A stretch of DNA of 64,000 bases from Minisyncoccota bacterium. GTDB lineage: Bacteria > Patescibacteriota > Minisyncoccia > Phycocordibacterales > UBA9973. A model generated the notes under the pieces. That model had not been told where the DNA came from. It worked only from the letters and a program-made list of their open reading frames with translations, and did no database searches. This document shows, in pieces, positions 1-9,772 of this stretch. The position numbers and the translations under genes were made by a program. Numbering within the stretch: the stretch's first letter is position 1; the number at the start of each line of letters is the position of its first letter. Location: contig JAGOSH010000001.1 of the NCBI GenBank assembly GCA_018062425.1, forward strand, positions 84,957 through 148,956, in the 5' to 3' direction.

Positions 1-426
1 CATCTGAAGACCATAATTCACGCATCCCATTTAAAGCATGGGAAAGTGCACTTTTTTTACGTGGCCAAAAACTTGATTCTGGGTTTATGGAAAGCTGCGA
101 GGTTGGAGTTACGAGGTTTGTGGCATACATTAATAAACAAAGAGGTACCAGACATGTCCACTTCTTCTGATACTCTAAAAATAGACAACACATTGAAAAC
201 AGTTTTTGCAGGATCACCCGAAAGTCGTCCAAGGTTTATAAAATGGTTGGACGAACAAGAAGAGAAAGGTGAGTTGGTTTACGGCATCCACGTATCCCAA
301 TCTTCTGTTATGACTTGTTATATCAAAGAATCCGAGCATATGCACATCCGTTTCTTGGATGGTTTTGGTGGTGGTTATACAATGGCTTCTATCCCTCTAA
401 AACAGAAGTTAAAAGACAGGAAATAA
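1..426 (+). CDS. hypothetical protein; the frame is open from base 1, so this is probably the 3' part of a gene starting left of the window
   Basis: Frame 1 has no stop from base 1 to the TAA at 424-426; the track start at 46 is GTG; no motif recognised. Confidence 0.35.
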   Translation, partial: HLKTIIHASHLKHGKVHFFYVAKNLILGLWKAARLELRGLWHTLINKEVPDMSTSSDTLKIDNTLKTVFAGSPESRPRFIKWLDEQEEKGELVYGIHVSQSSVMTCYIKESEHMHIRFLDGFGGGYTMASIPLKQKLKDRK

Positions 427-460
427 AACTTCTTTCATTCTGTTTATAAACAGCGCGTAT

Positions 461-489
461 TTGACAAAACCTTGAAACCGTGCTAGTTT
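461..489 (+). promoter_or_regulatory. sigma70-like promoter TTGACA-17-(TGc)TAGTTT with an inverted repeat in the spacer
   Basis: TTGACA 461-466, TAGTTT 484-489, TG at 481-482; imperfect IR CCTTGAAAC/GTTTCAAAGG spans the spacer and -10. Confidence 0.5.
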
Positions 490-525
490 CAAAGGTATAT
501 CGTTCATTCTTAAAACTTAAAATGC

Positions 526-927
526 ATGAAAAAGTTTTTCTGGGCGATTTCGATTTTTTTAATCATTTTCGCCCCCACTGCACCCTTACAGGCACAAGTG
601 TCTGACTCTTTAATCATCTCTATTTTCGAGATGGCTACAGAAAAACAACCCCTCATAAGCCAAATGGAGGGCGACACCATCGTTGTGGACTCCCTTCCGT
701 TTTTTTGGAAGGTGTCAGTACAAAAGGCTTGTTTTGTTTACAGCAAAGGGGGAAACCGCTTAGCGGTAAACAAAACCGCATGGTACAGCGTCAGTGTACC
801 AAACACAGTTTGCATCCTGTGGAATGCAAGACGGTCCGAAGGGACCATTTATACCCGAGGGTATAACTATGAAATTGAAAAAATTGATAACAAATTCAAA
901 GTTGTTGCAGTTTTTAAAAAAAATTAA
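526..927 (+). CDS. secreted hypothetical protein (signal peptide ending ...APLQAQ)
   Basis: N-terminal hydrophobic signal MKKFFWAISIFLIIFAPTAPLQAQ; own promoter and terminator. Confidence 0.5.
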   Translation: MKKFFWAISIFLIIFAPTAPLQAQVSDSLIISIFEMATEKQPLISQMEGDTIVVDSLPFFWKVSVQKACFVYSKGGNRLAVNKTAWYSVSVPNTVCILWNARRSEGTIYTRGYNYEIEKIDNKFKVVAVFKKN

Positions 928-966
928 GGTCGGCTAGATACAAATCTCGCCGACCTAATTTTTTTT
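927..966 (+). terminator. rho-independent terminator
   Basis: Stem AGGTCGGC/GCCGACCT (8 bp) followed by a T-run at 959-966. Confidence 0.7.
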
Positions 967-1009
967 ATAGTCATTGCGCTGATTTGTTATTACTTATATA
1001 ATTCATCTT

Positions 1010-2536
1010 ATGAAATCTCTCAATTTTGATAAATTATCTGTTGGAAACAAAACCGAAGATGTTGTTAAACATATTCCAAGCGAAGCGAAGGGTCCAGGTG
1101 ATACAGAATCCAATGTTGGTTCCGGAAACGAAGATGTGCTTGAAAAAATGGGCGAAGCCGAACTTGAAAAAGAAATCGGCACTGCTATTGTAAAAATAAG
1201 AGCAAGAGACTTTAAATTTTCTCGTAAGCGACAGGAAAGTTTTGAAAGATTGTTGGCATTAGAAAACAAAAACAAAAAATATTTAGCGCTGGCTTTGTTT
1301 TTCCTAAAAATGGCTCTTGATGGAGCAATTGGTTTAGGGGAAAAAGCACAGGCAGCTACCCCTGCAAACGATAAGAATATGGCCAACCTTAATTGGAACG
1401 TTGATGGTTCTGATGGTCATAGTGGTGGTGATTCCGGTTTTTCTAAAACAGAGGGTGGTGGGAAAGGTCTACACGACCCAATAACCTTTGATATTTCAAA
1501 ATATTTCAAAACTGGTACTTTTGAATATAGAAATGAAAGTGACCGTGAAGCAGCCATAACCTATCTCGAGTATGTAATAGATGGAATGGACGTTATCAAC
1601 TCAGATGTTTCCGAGGTGGTCATAGAAGGTTCGGCTTCTGGGGGTAGGAGTACAGGTGATTCGCCCATTGATAACGCAACACTTGCGCGAGGCAGAGCAG
1701 AAGAAGGCAAAAGAGTATTCATTGAAGCCCTGATGCGTTCAGATAGGTATTCTGAGGCAGAGAAAAGGAGAATCATTGCCAGTATTAAAGTTGTCTCTAT
1801 GGTTAAAGAGCTTACTGCTGACGAGAAAGCTAGATTAACACCACTACAAAAAGAGGAGATGTATGATAAACAACAAGGTGCAACGATAACCATAAAAGCC
1901 AAATTAGAAAGTACTTTCGAAAGGGAAGACGATTTTGCTGGTGTCAGTGTTGTTTTTGGTGATGCTTCCAAGTCGATGACGGACGATTTCGGAGCTGTTG
2001 AAGCTTTTGTAAATAATGTGAATGGAATTCGTCCTCCAGAAGAGAGAATAAATACTATTAAAATTGAAGGTGGCGATACTGAGCAACACCTTCAAACCAT
2101 AATTCATTATCTGAAGAGCGAGGAGGGTAAAAATACCACAGGTAATATGTTTATGATAACTGACGAGGGTCTAAATCAACCCAAAGGCGAAAAAGGCCCC
2201 GAGTATGTAAAAAGATACAAAGCCGAAATTGATGAAGTATTGAAATTGGCAGGAGATAGAAAAATAATAGTAAAATTCCTCAACCCTAAACCACGTATGC
2301 CTGGAGAAAAAAATTACAAGAGGTATCTGATTTTCAATCTACAAGATAAACCACTTGCACTTCAAAGGACAGCTCGCCCAGATGACGCAAGTTCGGAGAC
2401 TGCTTTGTACGCAGAAGAGAGATTAAACATGGATTGTTTCAATAAAATAGAACGCTATAAAGATCAGGGTGACAAAAAGGTAGAAAAAGAAAAAGTTAGC
2501 GGCGATAGAGATTTCCATGGTTTTAAAGGCAACTAA
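1010..2536 (+). CDS. hypothetical protein with OmpA_C-like and vWA/MIDAS-like motifs
   Basis: VVIEGSASGG...NATLARGRAEEG resembles the OmpA C-terminal motif; VVFGDASKSM (DxSxS), GGDTE and MITDEG resemble a MIDAS site; no signal peptide seen. Confidence 0.45.
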   Translation: MKSLNFDKLSVGNKTEDVVKHIPSEAKGPGDTESNVGSGNEDVLEKMGEAELEKEIGTAIVKIRARDFKFSRKRQESFERLLALENKNKKYLALALFFLKMALDGAIGLGEKAQAATPANDKNMANLNWNVDGSDGHSGGDSGFSKTEGGGKGLHDPITFDISKYFKTGTFEYRNESDREAAITYLEYVIDGMDVINSDVSEVVIEGSASGGRSTGDSPIDNATLARGRAEEGKRVFIEALMRSDRYSEAEKRRIIASIKVVSMVKELTADEKARLTPLQKEEMYDKQQGATITIKAKLESTFEREDDFAGVSVVFGDASKSMTDDFGAVEAFVNNVNGIRPPEERINTIKIEGGDTEQHLQTIIHYLKSEEGKNTTGNMFMITDEGLNQPKGEKGPEYVKRYKAEIDEVLKLAGDRKIIVKFLNPKPRMPGEKNYKRYLIFNLQDKPLALQRTARPDDASSETALYAEERLNMDCFNKIERYKDQGDKKVEKEKVSGDRDFHGFKGN

Positions 2537-2601
2537 AAAAGAAAGTTTTCTGTTATAATATACGCGTGATTTAAGAGAATCATAGTGAGTTTATCGAATC
2601 T

Positions 2602-4914
2602 ATGTCAGAAAATTTTAAATTAGCTCTGCGAACATTAAAGAACCAAGTAGCTTCGCTTTTTTTCTTGCTCTTGGTTGTGTCCTCAATAGTTTCTTTTGTA
2701 CTCGGGGCAGCAGTAGATGGAACTATAATTCTGGTAATAATTTCTATTAATGTCTTCCTTGGATTTTTCCAAGAGTTCCGCGCTTCCAAAGCCGCAGAGA
2801 AGTTACTTCATCTAGTTGAAAACAAAGTATACGTCCTGCGTCAAGGAGCTTTGGTGCAGGTAAAAGTCAGCGAACTAACGATAGAAGACATAGTGCACTT
2901 GGTGCCAGGGTCCATAGCTCCTTGCGACCTAGAAGTCATTGAAGCAAACGACGCTACTCTAGATGAGTCTGTTCGCACCGGTGAGACATTGCCCAAAGAA
3001 GTCCTGATGGGGCAGAGCATCTTTGCTGGTTCGGTACTTTCTGAAGGCAAAGTAGTAGCTCGGATAATAGCACTTCCGCAAAACTCATCCTTAACTAAAT
3101 ATGAACAGAAACTACAATCAGTAAAAAAATGGTCCAGCTTCAGTGTTTTTACTGAAAAAGTTATCAAATACGTTTTCGCAGGAGCCTTGGCTGCACTCAT
3201 CATTGTGATGTGTGTGGTTGTTTTTGTTATGGGTAAATACGATTTGCTGGAATACTTCGTCTTTTCAATCGCGATGCTGGTTGGTGTAGTTCCAGAGATG
3301 TTGCCACTGATTGTGAGCATAATCCTTACCCGTGAGTCATTGGTCCTTTCAAATAAAAAAGTAATAGTGAAACGCCTCTCGGCGCTCGAAGGTTTAGGAG
3401 CAGTAGAATTTCTACTAACAGACAAGACGGGAACAATCACCGAGAATAATTTGCGCGTAGCGGCGGTACGAGACCTATATGATTTCTGGGAAATTTCAAA
3501 CTCGATAACCGAGGGGGAATACGAACGTTCAGCTCTGTCGCTTGCCTATGACAATGCGCTCAACTCATCTGTTGGTAAAATAAACTCTGCAACTCAGAAA
3601 ATTGCTCATTTCGAGGCCTTCAGTCGTCATCTGGGTTACGAAGCTTTTGTTTTCGAAGATGGCGCTAAAGCCATCCGAGGTATGCTAGATAAAGTCGTAG
3701 CAGAGTGTCGCGATTTTAAAGAAAAAGGTTTAGTGCTAGATACTGCTCTCGCTTATGAAGAGAAAGGTATGCGGGTAATAGGGTTAGCGTACGGCCGAGC
3801 GGGGGAGTGGATCTTTGCGGGGTTTGTGGCTTTCCACGATCCGGTCAAGAAAACTGCCGCCGAGTCTATCAAGCTTGCTCATGAGCGTGGCATTGCGGTG
3901 AAGATACTCACCGGAGATTCTCGCGCCGTAGCAGAGTCTGTAGCTGAAGAGTTGAAACTTGTTTATGCGGGTAACTTGATAATTTCCCTCGAAGAGAGAA
4001 AGGTGGCGAGTTTGACCGATGAAGAATTACGTAAAGCGGTAGTGTTTGCAAAATGTACCCCCGAGGATAAGTTGGCACTGATTGATAGGTTTATAGCCTT
4101 AGGCCCGGTAGCATTTTTGGGTGATGGTATCAATGATGCTTTGGCACTACGCCGAGCGGATGTGGGCATAGTGGTAGACCATGCCGCAGACATTGCCAAA
4201 GAGTCCGCCGACATCCTGCTATTAGAGAAAGATTTAACCCCAATATTGGAAAGCGTCTCAACTGGACGCAAAGCGCTTCGAAATATATTGGTTTACATTA
4301 TGTATACGTTAGCTGGGAATGCCGGTACTTTCTTTTCATTACTTATCGCTTCATTTTTTTATCCGGTTTTGCCAATGTTGCCAATACAAATACTTTTAAA
4401 TAATTTACTGACAGATTTACCGCTCATACTCATCATCACCGACCATCCGGACGAATATGCACTTAGTCATGCACCACACTTTGAACCAAGGAAAGTAATA
4501 AGAAGAGTTATCATTTTCGGTATAATTTCTAGTATTTTCGATCTGATGTATTTCACCCTGTTTAGCAATGCCAGTGTAGCTGAATTTCAAACAGGATGGT
4601 TCCTGCTTTCAGTGTTCGCCGAGCTTGCGCTCATACTGTCAATTCGTTCGTCTCGTTTTATATTCAAAGCACCAGCCATGTCGGTAGCACTGGCGTTCGG
4701 TATTGTGGTGTCAGCATTATTGCCGTTTGTATTTATTTACAATTCTTATCTAGCCAATATGTTCCACTTCTCAGCATTGCCGGACTACATGCTCATGATC
4801 ATTGTATACTTGGTGCTTACATATATCGCCGCAAACGAAGCCGCAAAATTTGTAATGCATAAAAGGAAACTCTATAACAAACCTAAATCCGTAGAGGACG
4901 TTTTCAGGTTTTAG
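2602..4914 (+). CDS. P-type cation-transporting ATPase (short form)
   Basis: DKTGTITEN phosphorylation site, TGET, TGDS, GDGINDALAL hinge, multiple TM segments. Confidence 0.85.
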   Translation: MSENFKLALRTLKNQVASLFFLLLVVSSIVSFVLGAAVDGTIILVIISINVFLGFFQEFRASKAAEKLLHLVENKVYVLRQGALVQVKVSELTIEDIVHLVPGSIAPCDLEVIEANDATLDESVRTGETLPKEVLMGQSIFAGSVLSEGKVVARIIALPQNSSLTKYEQKLQSVKKWSSFSVFTEKVIKYVFAGALAALIIVMCVVVFVMGKYDLLEYFVFSIAMLVGVVPEMLPLIVSIILTRESLVLSNKKVIVKRLSALEGLGAVEFLLTDKTGTITENNLRVAAVRDLYDFWEISNSITEGEYERSALSLAYDNALNSSVGKINSATQKIAHFEAFSRHLGYEAFVFEDGAKAIRGMLDKVVAECRDFKEKGLVLDTALAYEEKGMRVIGLAYGRAGEWIFAGFVAFHDPVKKTAAESIKLAHERGIAVKILTGDSRAVAESVAEELKLVYAGNLIISLEERKVASLTDEELRKAVVFAKCTPEDKLALIDRFIALGPVAFLGDGINDALALRRADVGIVVDHAADIAKESADILLLEKDLTPILESVSTGRKALRNILVYIMYTLAGNAGTFFSLLIASFFYPVLPMLPIQILLNNLLTDLPLILIITDHPDEYALSHAPHFEPRKVIRRVIIFGIISSIFDLMYFTLFSNASVAEFQTGWFLLSVFAELALILSIRSSRFIFKAPAMSVALAFGIVVSALLPFVFIYNSYLANMFHFSALPDYMLMIIVYLVLTYIAANEAAKFVMHKRKLYNKPKSVEDVFRF

Positions 4915-4988
4915 CTTTTAACTAAACTAGTTTGTATTCTCCGTCCCCACTCGCAATAGAGTGTTAAACGATATGTTATTATACAAAG

Positions 4989-7589
4989 ATGCAAACCCAA
5001 AAGATTGAACAATTGTGGTCCATGTCGACCGAAGAATCCCTAACAAGCCTGGGCTCTGTAGAAAAAGGGCTGGCTGAAGCCGAGGTTGAAAAGAGACTCA
5101 AGCTCTACGGCAAGAATACTTTTAAAAAGAACGAGAAAAAAGGCCCCGTGTCTTTGTTCTTCAAGCAATTCCTAAGTCCATTGATATTCTTGCTTTTAGG
5201 AGCTGCTATCATCACTGGGTATCTTAATGAATGGACCAACACCATAGTTATACTATTTGCGGTGTTTTTGAATGTGGCTATCGGTTTCTACCAGGAATAT
5301 CATGCAGAGAACACTCTGGCTAAACTTACAACATATATCAAAGACCGTACCCGAGTCATCCGGGAAGGCAGAGAAGAAGAAATAGATTCGAGTGAGATTG
5401 TACCGGGCGACATTATTAAACTTGCTTATGGATCTCGTGTTCCAGCGGATGCGCGCATTATTACTGTGAACAACCTGCGCATTGACGAAGCAGTACTTAC
5501 TGGGGAATCTATTCCAATAGAAAAAAAGATTGATGTGGTTCCGATGGGTGCCGAAGTTGCTGAACGTAAAAACATCGCCCATGCCGGGACACTGGTCGTC
5601 GAAGGGTACGCGACTGCTATGGTTTACGCGACAGGTAACTACACAGAAATAGGTAAAATTGCAGGGATTGTTTCGAAAATTGAACGAGCAAAAACCCCAT
5701 TACAAAAAGGTGTCGACAAACTCGCTTGGCTCATATTTATATTAGTGCTCGTGATTGTGCTCGGTATTTGGATGCTGGGTATTTCCCGTGGTGAGCCAGC
5801 ACTTCCAATGTTAGTCCTCTCTGCGGCGGTTGCGGTAGGTGCGGTACCAGAAGCACTGCCCATAGTTTTAACTATGATACTCGCTATTGGCGCTACACGC
5901 ATAGCTCTCAAGCGTGGAGTTGTACGTAAACTCTCTGCAGCAGAGACACTCGGTTCAGCAACACTCATCATGACGGACAAAACCGGGACACTTACTATGG
6001 CGGATATGAAACTCGTTGGAATACATACCTTGGAATCGATGCTTTTGGGTACCGAAAGTGACACAGACTTTTCAGGAGAAGACAAAAAAATACTTGAGCA
6101 AGCACTTCATAACATCGACATCACCTTGGACAATCCAAAAGACACAACCGACAAATGGACATTCCGTGGTAGGCCTTTTGAAATAAACATAGCTAAAGCA
6201 GCACTACGTGAAAGTATCTCACTTGATGAAACATTAGCTCCAGGTTCACAAATATTATTGCCATTTAATTCGACCAACAAATTCTCTGTTGCTCAAGCAG
6301 GGGAGTATTACAGTGTTATGGGTGCACCAGATATCTTGCTCAAACGTTCAAAGGTGTCCAAAGAAGATTATTTGAAACTCGAAACCTGGATAGACCAAAC
6401 TTCTCGTGCTGGTAAAAGGCTAATTGGTATTGCTCGCATGAAAAAACACGGTGCGCATCCATTGGTGGACGACGTAGAAAACTTAGAGTTCCTCGGAGTG
6501 TTGCTGTTTTATGATCCGATTCGTCCAGAGGTACCACAAGCTATCAAAAACATTGAAGCCCATGGTATGAAGATGGTTTTGATTACTGGTGACTTGGTTG
6601 GTACCGCGCTTTCTGTAGCCAAGAGTCTGGATTGGGCGGTGAAAGAAGATCAAGTACTCCTCGGATCTGATTTACGCAAAATGTCTGACGAAGAGTTGTT
6701 GGTGGTAATACCGAACATCAAGATTTTTGCCCGCGTGACCCCAGAAGACAAACTCCGTGTCGGAACGCTGTATCAGAAATTAGGTGAAGTGGTAGCGATG
6801 ACCGGGGATGGGGTGAACGACTCACCAGCGCTCAAAGCGGCAGACATTGGTATTTCGCTGGGCTCAGGTTCGGACGTAGCTAAATCAGCAGCGGACCTGG
6901 TGCTACTGGATGACAATTTCGAAACTATTTCTCTGGCTATAGATGAGGGGCGTAAAATACTCGGCAACATACGTAAATCATTCGTATATTTGATGTCCAA
7001 CTCGCTCGACGAAGTTTTCGTAGTTGGAGGAAGTTTGATTGCTGGGCTAGCATTACCACTTACCGCACTCCAGATTATTTGGGTTAACCTTTTTACCGGG
7101 TCACTTCCTGCGCTCGCGTTTGCTTTTGATGATGATATCGACAGAGAAAAATACAAAGGGCGTGACTTGAGACTGATTTTTACCACTGAGGTAAAAGTTC
7201 TGACTCTGGGTATCGGAATATTGAGTTCACTCTTGTTGTTCCTTCTGTACTACTTCTTGGTGCGTCTAGGTTTACCGATTGAGGTTACTCGTTCGATATT
7301 CTTTGTTTGTTTTTCTTCATATATATTGGCAATTTCATATTCTTTCCGTTCACTACATTCACCAATCTACAAATACAATATATTTGCGAACAAGAAGTTA
7401 AACTGGAGTCTATTGATTGCTGTTGCTATCCTCATTGCAACCATGACGATACCACGAATGCGGGATATTTTTGACTTAGCACCGATGCCAGTTACCTGGT
7501 TGCCGTTTGTTATCTTGTGGTTAGTTCTCAATTTGTTGCTCGTAGAGGGAGCAAAATACGCAGTGCGTAAAACCAAGCATCTTTTTTAA
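4989..7589 (+). CDS. P-type ATPase, Ca2+/cation type IIA-like
   Basis: TGES, DKTGTLT, TGD, MTGDGVNDSPALK, PEALP in TM4; 866 aa. Confidence 0.85.
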   Translation: MQTQKIEQLWSMSTEESLTSLGSVEKGLAEAEVEKRLKLYGKNTFKKNEKKGPVSLFFKQFLSPLIFLLLGAAIITGYLNEWTNTIVILFAVFLNVAIGFYQEYHAENTLAKLTTYIKDRTRVIREGREEEIDSSEIVPGDIIKLAYGSRVPADARIITVNNLRIDEAVLTGESIPIEKKIDVVPMGAEVAERKNIAHAGTLVVEGYATAMVYATGNYTEIGKIAGIVSKIERAKTPLQKGVDKLAWLIFILVLVIVLGIWMLGISRGEPALPMLVLSAAVAVGAVPEALPIVLTMILAIGATRIALKRGVVRKLSAAETLGSATLIMTDKTGTLTMADMKLVGIHTLESMLLGTESDTDFSGEDKKILEQALHNIDITLDNPKDTTDKWTFRGRPFEINIAKAALRESISLDETLAPGSQILLPFNSTNKFSVAQAGEYYSVMGAPDILLKRSKVSKEDYLKLETWIDQTSRAGKRLIGIARMKKHGAHPLVDDVENLEFLGVLLFYDPIRPEVPQAIKNIEAHGMKMVLITGDLVGTALSVAKSLDWAVKEDQVLLGSDLRKMSDEELLVVIPNIKIFARVTPEDKLRVGTLYQKLGEVVAMTGDGVNDSPALKAADIGISLGSGSDVAKSAADLVLLDDNFETISLAIDEGRKILGNIRKSFVYLMSNSLDEVFVVGGSLIAGLALPLTALQIIWVNLFTGSLPALAFAFDDDIDREKYKGRDLRLIFTTEVKVLTLGIGILSSLLLFLLYYFLVRLGLPIEVTRSIFFVCFSSYILAISYSFRSLHSPIYKYNIFANKKLNWSLLIAVAILIATMTIPRMRDIFDLAPMPVTWLPFVILWLVLNLLLVEGAKYAVRKTKHLF

Positions 7590-7647
7590 ACCTTGAAATT
7601 TAAGAAAAATCTGTCATTATAGGGTTTACGAAGTAATACTTCGTTAT

Positions 7648-7720
7648 GGTGCCTATGGTGTAGTGGTAACACAGAAGCTTGTGGAGCTTTTATCTCCGGT
7701 TCGAATCCGGATAGGCACCC
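7648..7720 (+). tRNA. tRNA-His (GTG anticodon at 7681-7683) with encoded G-1
   Basis: Acceptor GTGCCTA/TAGGCAC, extra 5' G at 7648 opposite C, T-arm GGTTCGAATCC, anticodon loop TTGTGGA; CCA not encoded. Confidence 0.9.
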
Positions 7721-7782
7721 CCGCTAAGCGGGGGTGAGGTGTGCTTAGCACACCACCCCAATAAATTTGCTATAATTTCCGC

Positions 7783-8739
7783 ATGAAAAAGATCAAAGCG
7801 GGTTTGCTGATTTCTTTATTTTATTTGCTATCTTATGTGCCGGCTTTGGCGCATGTGAAATGGTTCGTAGAAGAAGAGGAGATCGAAGAAATACCCTGGT
7901 ATAAATTCCTGGATACTCCGGTTATTGTTTGGTCGCTGATTGTAATTGCGGTGGTTGTTTTGGGTTGGTATTTAAATAGAAAAGTTAAAACCCCAAACCG
8001 ACTCATCAAGTTCAACGAAACATACGCGGTGCAGATTCACAGAGGAGCTCAGATGTTGCTCGGTATATTTTTGTTAGTTACCGTAGATTTCTTCTGGAGT
8101 ACCATTGTCACACCGCATGTGTCGATGAACTCACCAGTTCGTTTAGTAATTACTTTGATTCAATACATCATCGGGATGATGTTCCTATTTGGTCTCTCTA
8201 AAAGGATTGCTTCAGGTGCGCTGATGCTTTTGGTACTCATGCTCGGGTATTGGAGCGGGGTAGTAGTGTTTGCAGAGAACTTGCTGCTTTTTTCTCTGGC
8301 GCTTTATTTCTTTATTAAAAGTTTCAAGCCAGACGTTTTGCCAGCGTGGGTTGATGCACACTCGCTCGACATATTACGCATAGGATCTGGTGTTTGCCTG
8401 ATTGTCCTCGCTTTTACCGAGAAACTACTTTTCCCAGAACTTTCACTAGCATTCTTGGCGAGTCACCCTTGGAATTTCATGCAACCGATTTTTCCAGGTT
8501 TTACAGACAGTCTGTTTGTATTGTCTGTAGGTATGAGTGAACTCATATTTGGCCTTTTGTTTACTTTTGGATATTTGACCCGTATTACAACTATTGCGCT
8601 TAGTGTATTTCTGCTTACATCAGCGACTGCGATGTTCGTGTCAGTTGGAGACTGGGAACCTGGGCATGTAGTCATCTACGCTGTAGCAGTATTGTTCTTA
8701 TTCTTTGGTTCTGACACCAAGCCTACAAAGAAAGATTAG
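7783..8739 (+). CDS. polytopic membrane protein, unknown function
   Basis: Signal-like N-terminus and at least 7 hydrophobic segments; TGcTATAAT box 6 nt upstream of the ATG. Confidence 0.6.
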   Translation: MKKIKAGLLISLFYLLSYVPALAHVKWFVEEEEIEEIPWYKFLDTPVIVWSLIVIAVVVLGWYLNRKVKTPNRLIKFNETYAVQIHRGAQMLLGIFLLVTVDFFWSTIVTPHVSMNSPVRLVITLIQYIIGMMFLFGLSKRIASGALMLLVLMLGYWSGVVVFAENLLLFSLALYFFIKSFKPDVLPAWVDAHSLDILRIGSGVCLIVLAFTEKLLFPELSLAFLASHPWNFMQPIFPGFTDSLFVLSVGMSELIFGLLFTFGYLTRITTIALSVFLLTSATAMFVSVGDWEPGHVVIYAVAVLFLFFGSDTKPTKKD

Positions 8740-9769
8740 GTAAGCGTTCCAAGTCTATTGGCTGGGTAAAGTCACCTTTCTCTAGATGGTGGTGCGCGGC
8801 GACACCTATCATGGCGGCGTTGTCGCCATAGAGTTTCTTGTCGGTAGGGTAATGCAGGCGGTAATTCTCGGAAAAGTTTTTTCGGAATTCTTTACGCAGT
8901 GCTAGGTTGGCAGATACTCCGCCTGCCAAGATGATGTCTTTTATTTCAAATTCTTCACCCAAATCTTCCAAGGCTATTTGGGTTTTCTTGACCAAAGACT
9001 CTATGGCAGATTTTTGAAATGAAGCTGCCACGTCGGTGATTATTTTTTTCTTTTCTGTTTTATTCATGCCTTCGGTCAAAACTTTTTGAGTCAGATACAG
9101 AACAGAAGTCTTGAGTCCGGAATAACTGAAATCACAAGACCTGGTTTTCATCATCGGTATCGGGAAGGGGAAGGCGTCCTGGTTTCCATCTTTTGCCAAT
9201 TTTTCAATAATCGGGCCACCGGGGTAACCGATGCCGAGCATTCGAGCTACTTTGTCGTAGGCTTCACCTACGGCGTCGTCGAGTGTTTGCCCGATGATTT
9301 TATATTCGCCATGGTTTTTCATCAGCACTAGTTCGGTGTGTCCACCAGATACCAGTAATGCTAGTAGGGGGAATTCGTAGGTAATTTTCGGATTGCCGGA
9401 TTTGTTTTGGGCTAGGGTCGAATATATGTGTCCCTCCATGTGGTTGATGGCTATCAAGGGTTTGCCTATTTGCACGCTGATCTCTTTGGCTTTTCGGATG
9501 CCGACTTCAAGCGCGATGGCGAGCCCTGGGCCTTGGGTCACTGCTACAGCATCCAAATCCTCTAGTTTTATTTTTGCTCCACGCAAAGCTTCTTTGACCA
9601 CATGCTCAATATTTTCTTGATGCATGGTGCGCGCGATCGAAGGCACGACTCCACCCCATTTTTTATGGAATTCAATCTGAGAAGATATTTTATTCGACAA
9701 AACACGAGTGCCGTTGGTTATGGCAACAGATGTTTCGTCGCAGGATGTGTCGATAGCAAGTATTTTCAT
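8723..9769 (-). CDS. tsaD: tRNA N6-adenosine threonylcarbamoyltransferase TsaD (Kae1/Gcp family)
   Basis: MKILAIDTSCDETS N-terminus, HMEGH metal motif, full-length family architecture. Confidence 0.9.
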   Translation of the reverse strand: MKILAIDTSCDETSVAITNGTRVLSNKISSQIEFHKKWGGVVPSIARTMHQENIEHVVKEALRGAKIKLEDLDAVAVTQGPGLAIALEVGIRKAKEISVQIGKPLIAINHMEGHIYSTLAQNKSGNPKITYEFPLLALLVSGGHTELVLMKNHGEYKIIGQTLDDAVGEAYDKVARMLGIGYPGGPIIEKLAKDGNQDAFPFPIPMMKTRSCDFSYSGLKTSVLYLTQKVLTEGMNKTEKKKIITDVAASFQKSAIESLVKKTQIALEDLGEEFEIKDIILAGGVSANLALRKEFRKNFSENYRLHYPTDKKLYGDNAAMIGVAAHHHLEKGDFTQPIDLERLPNLSL

Positions 9770-9772
9770 AAT

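Noticed and set aside
1003-1386. Many long antisense or out-of-frame ORFs in the track, for example 1003..1386(-), 2841..3440(-), 5639..6085(-), 18492..18995(-), 23614..24147(-), 25419..25994(-), 51900..52442(-) and 63476..63958(-).
   Set aside because: Each lies entirely inside a confidently identified gene on the other strand or in another frame. They have low-complexity or odd composition and no motifs. I treat them as shadow ORFs.
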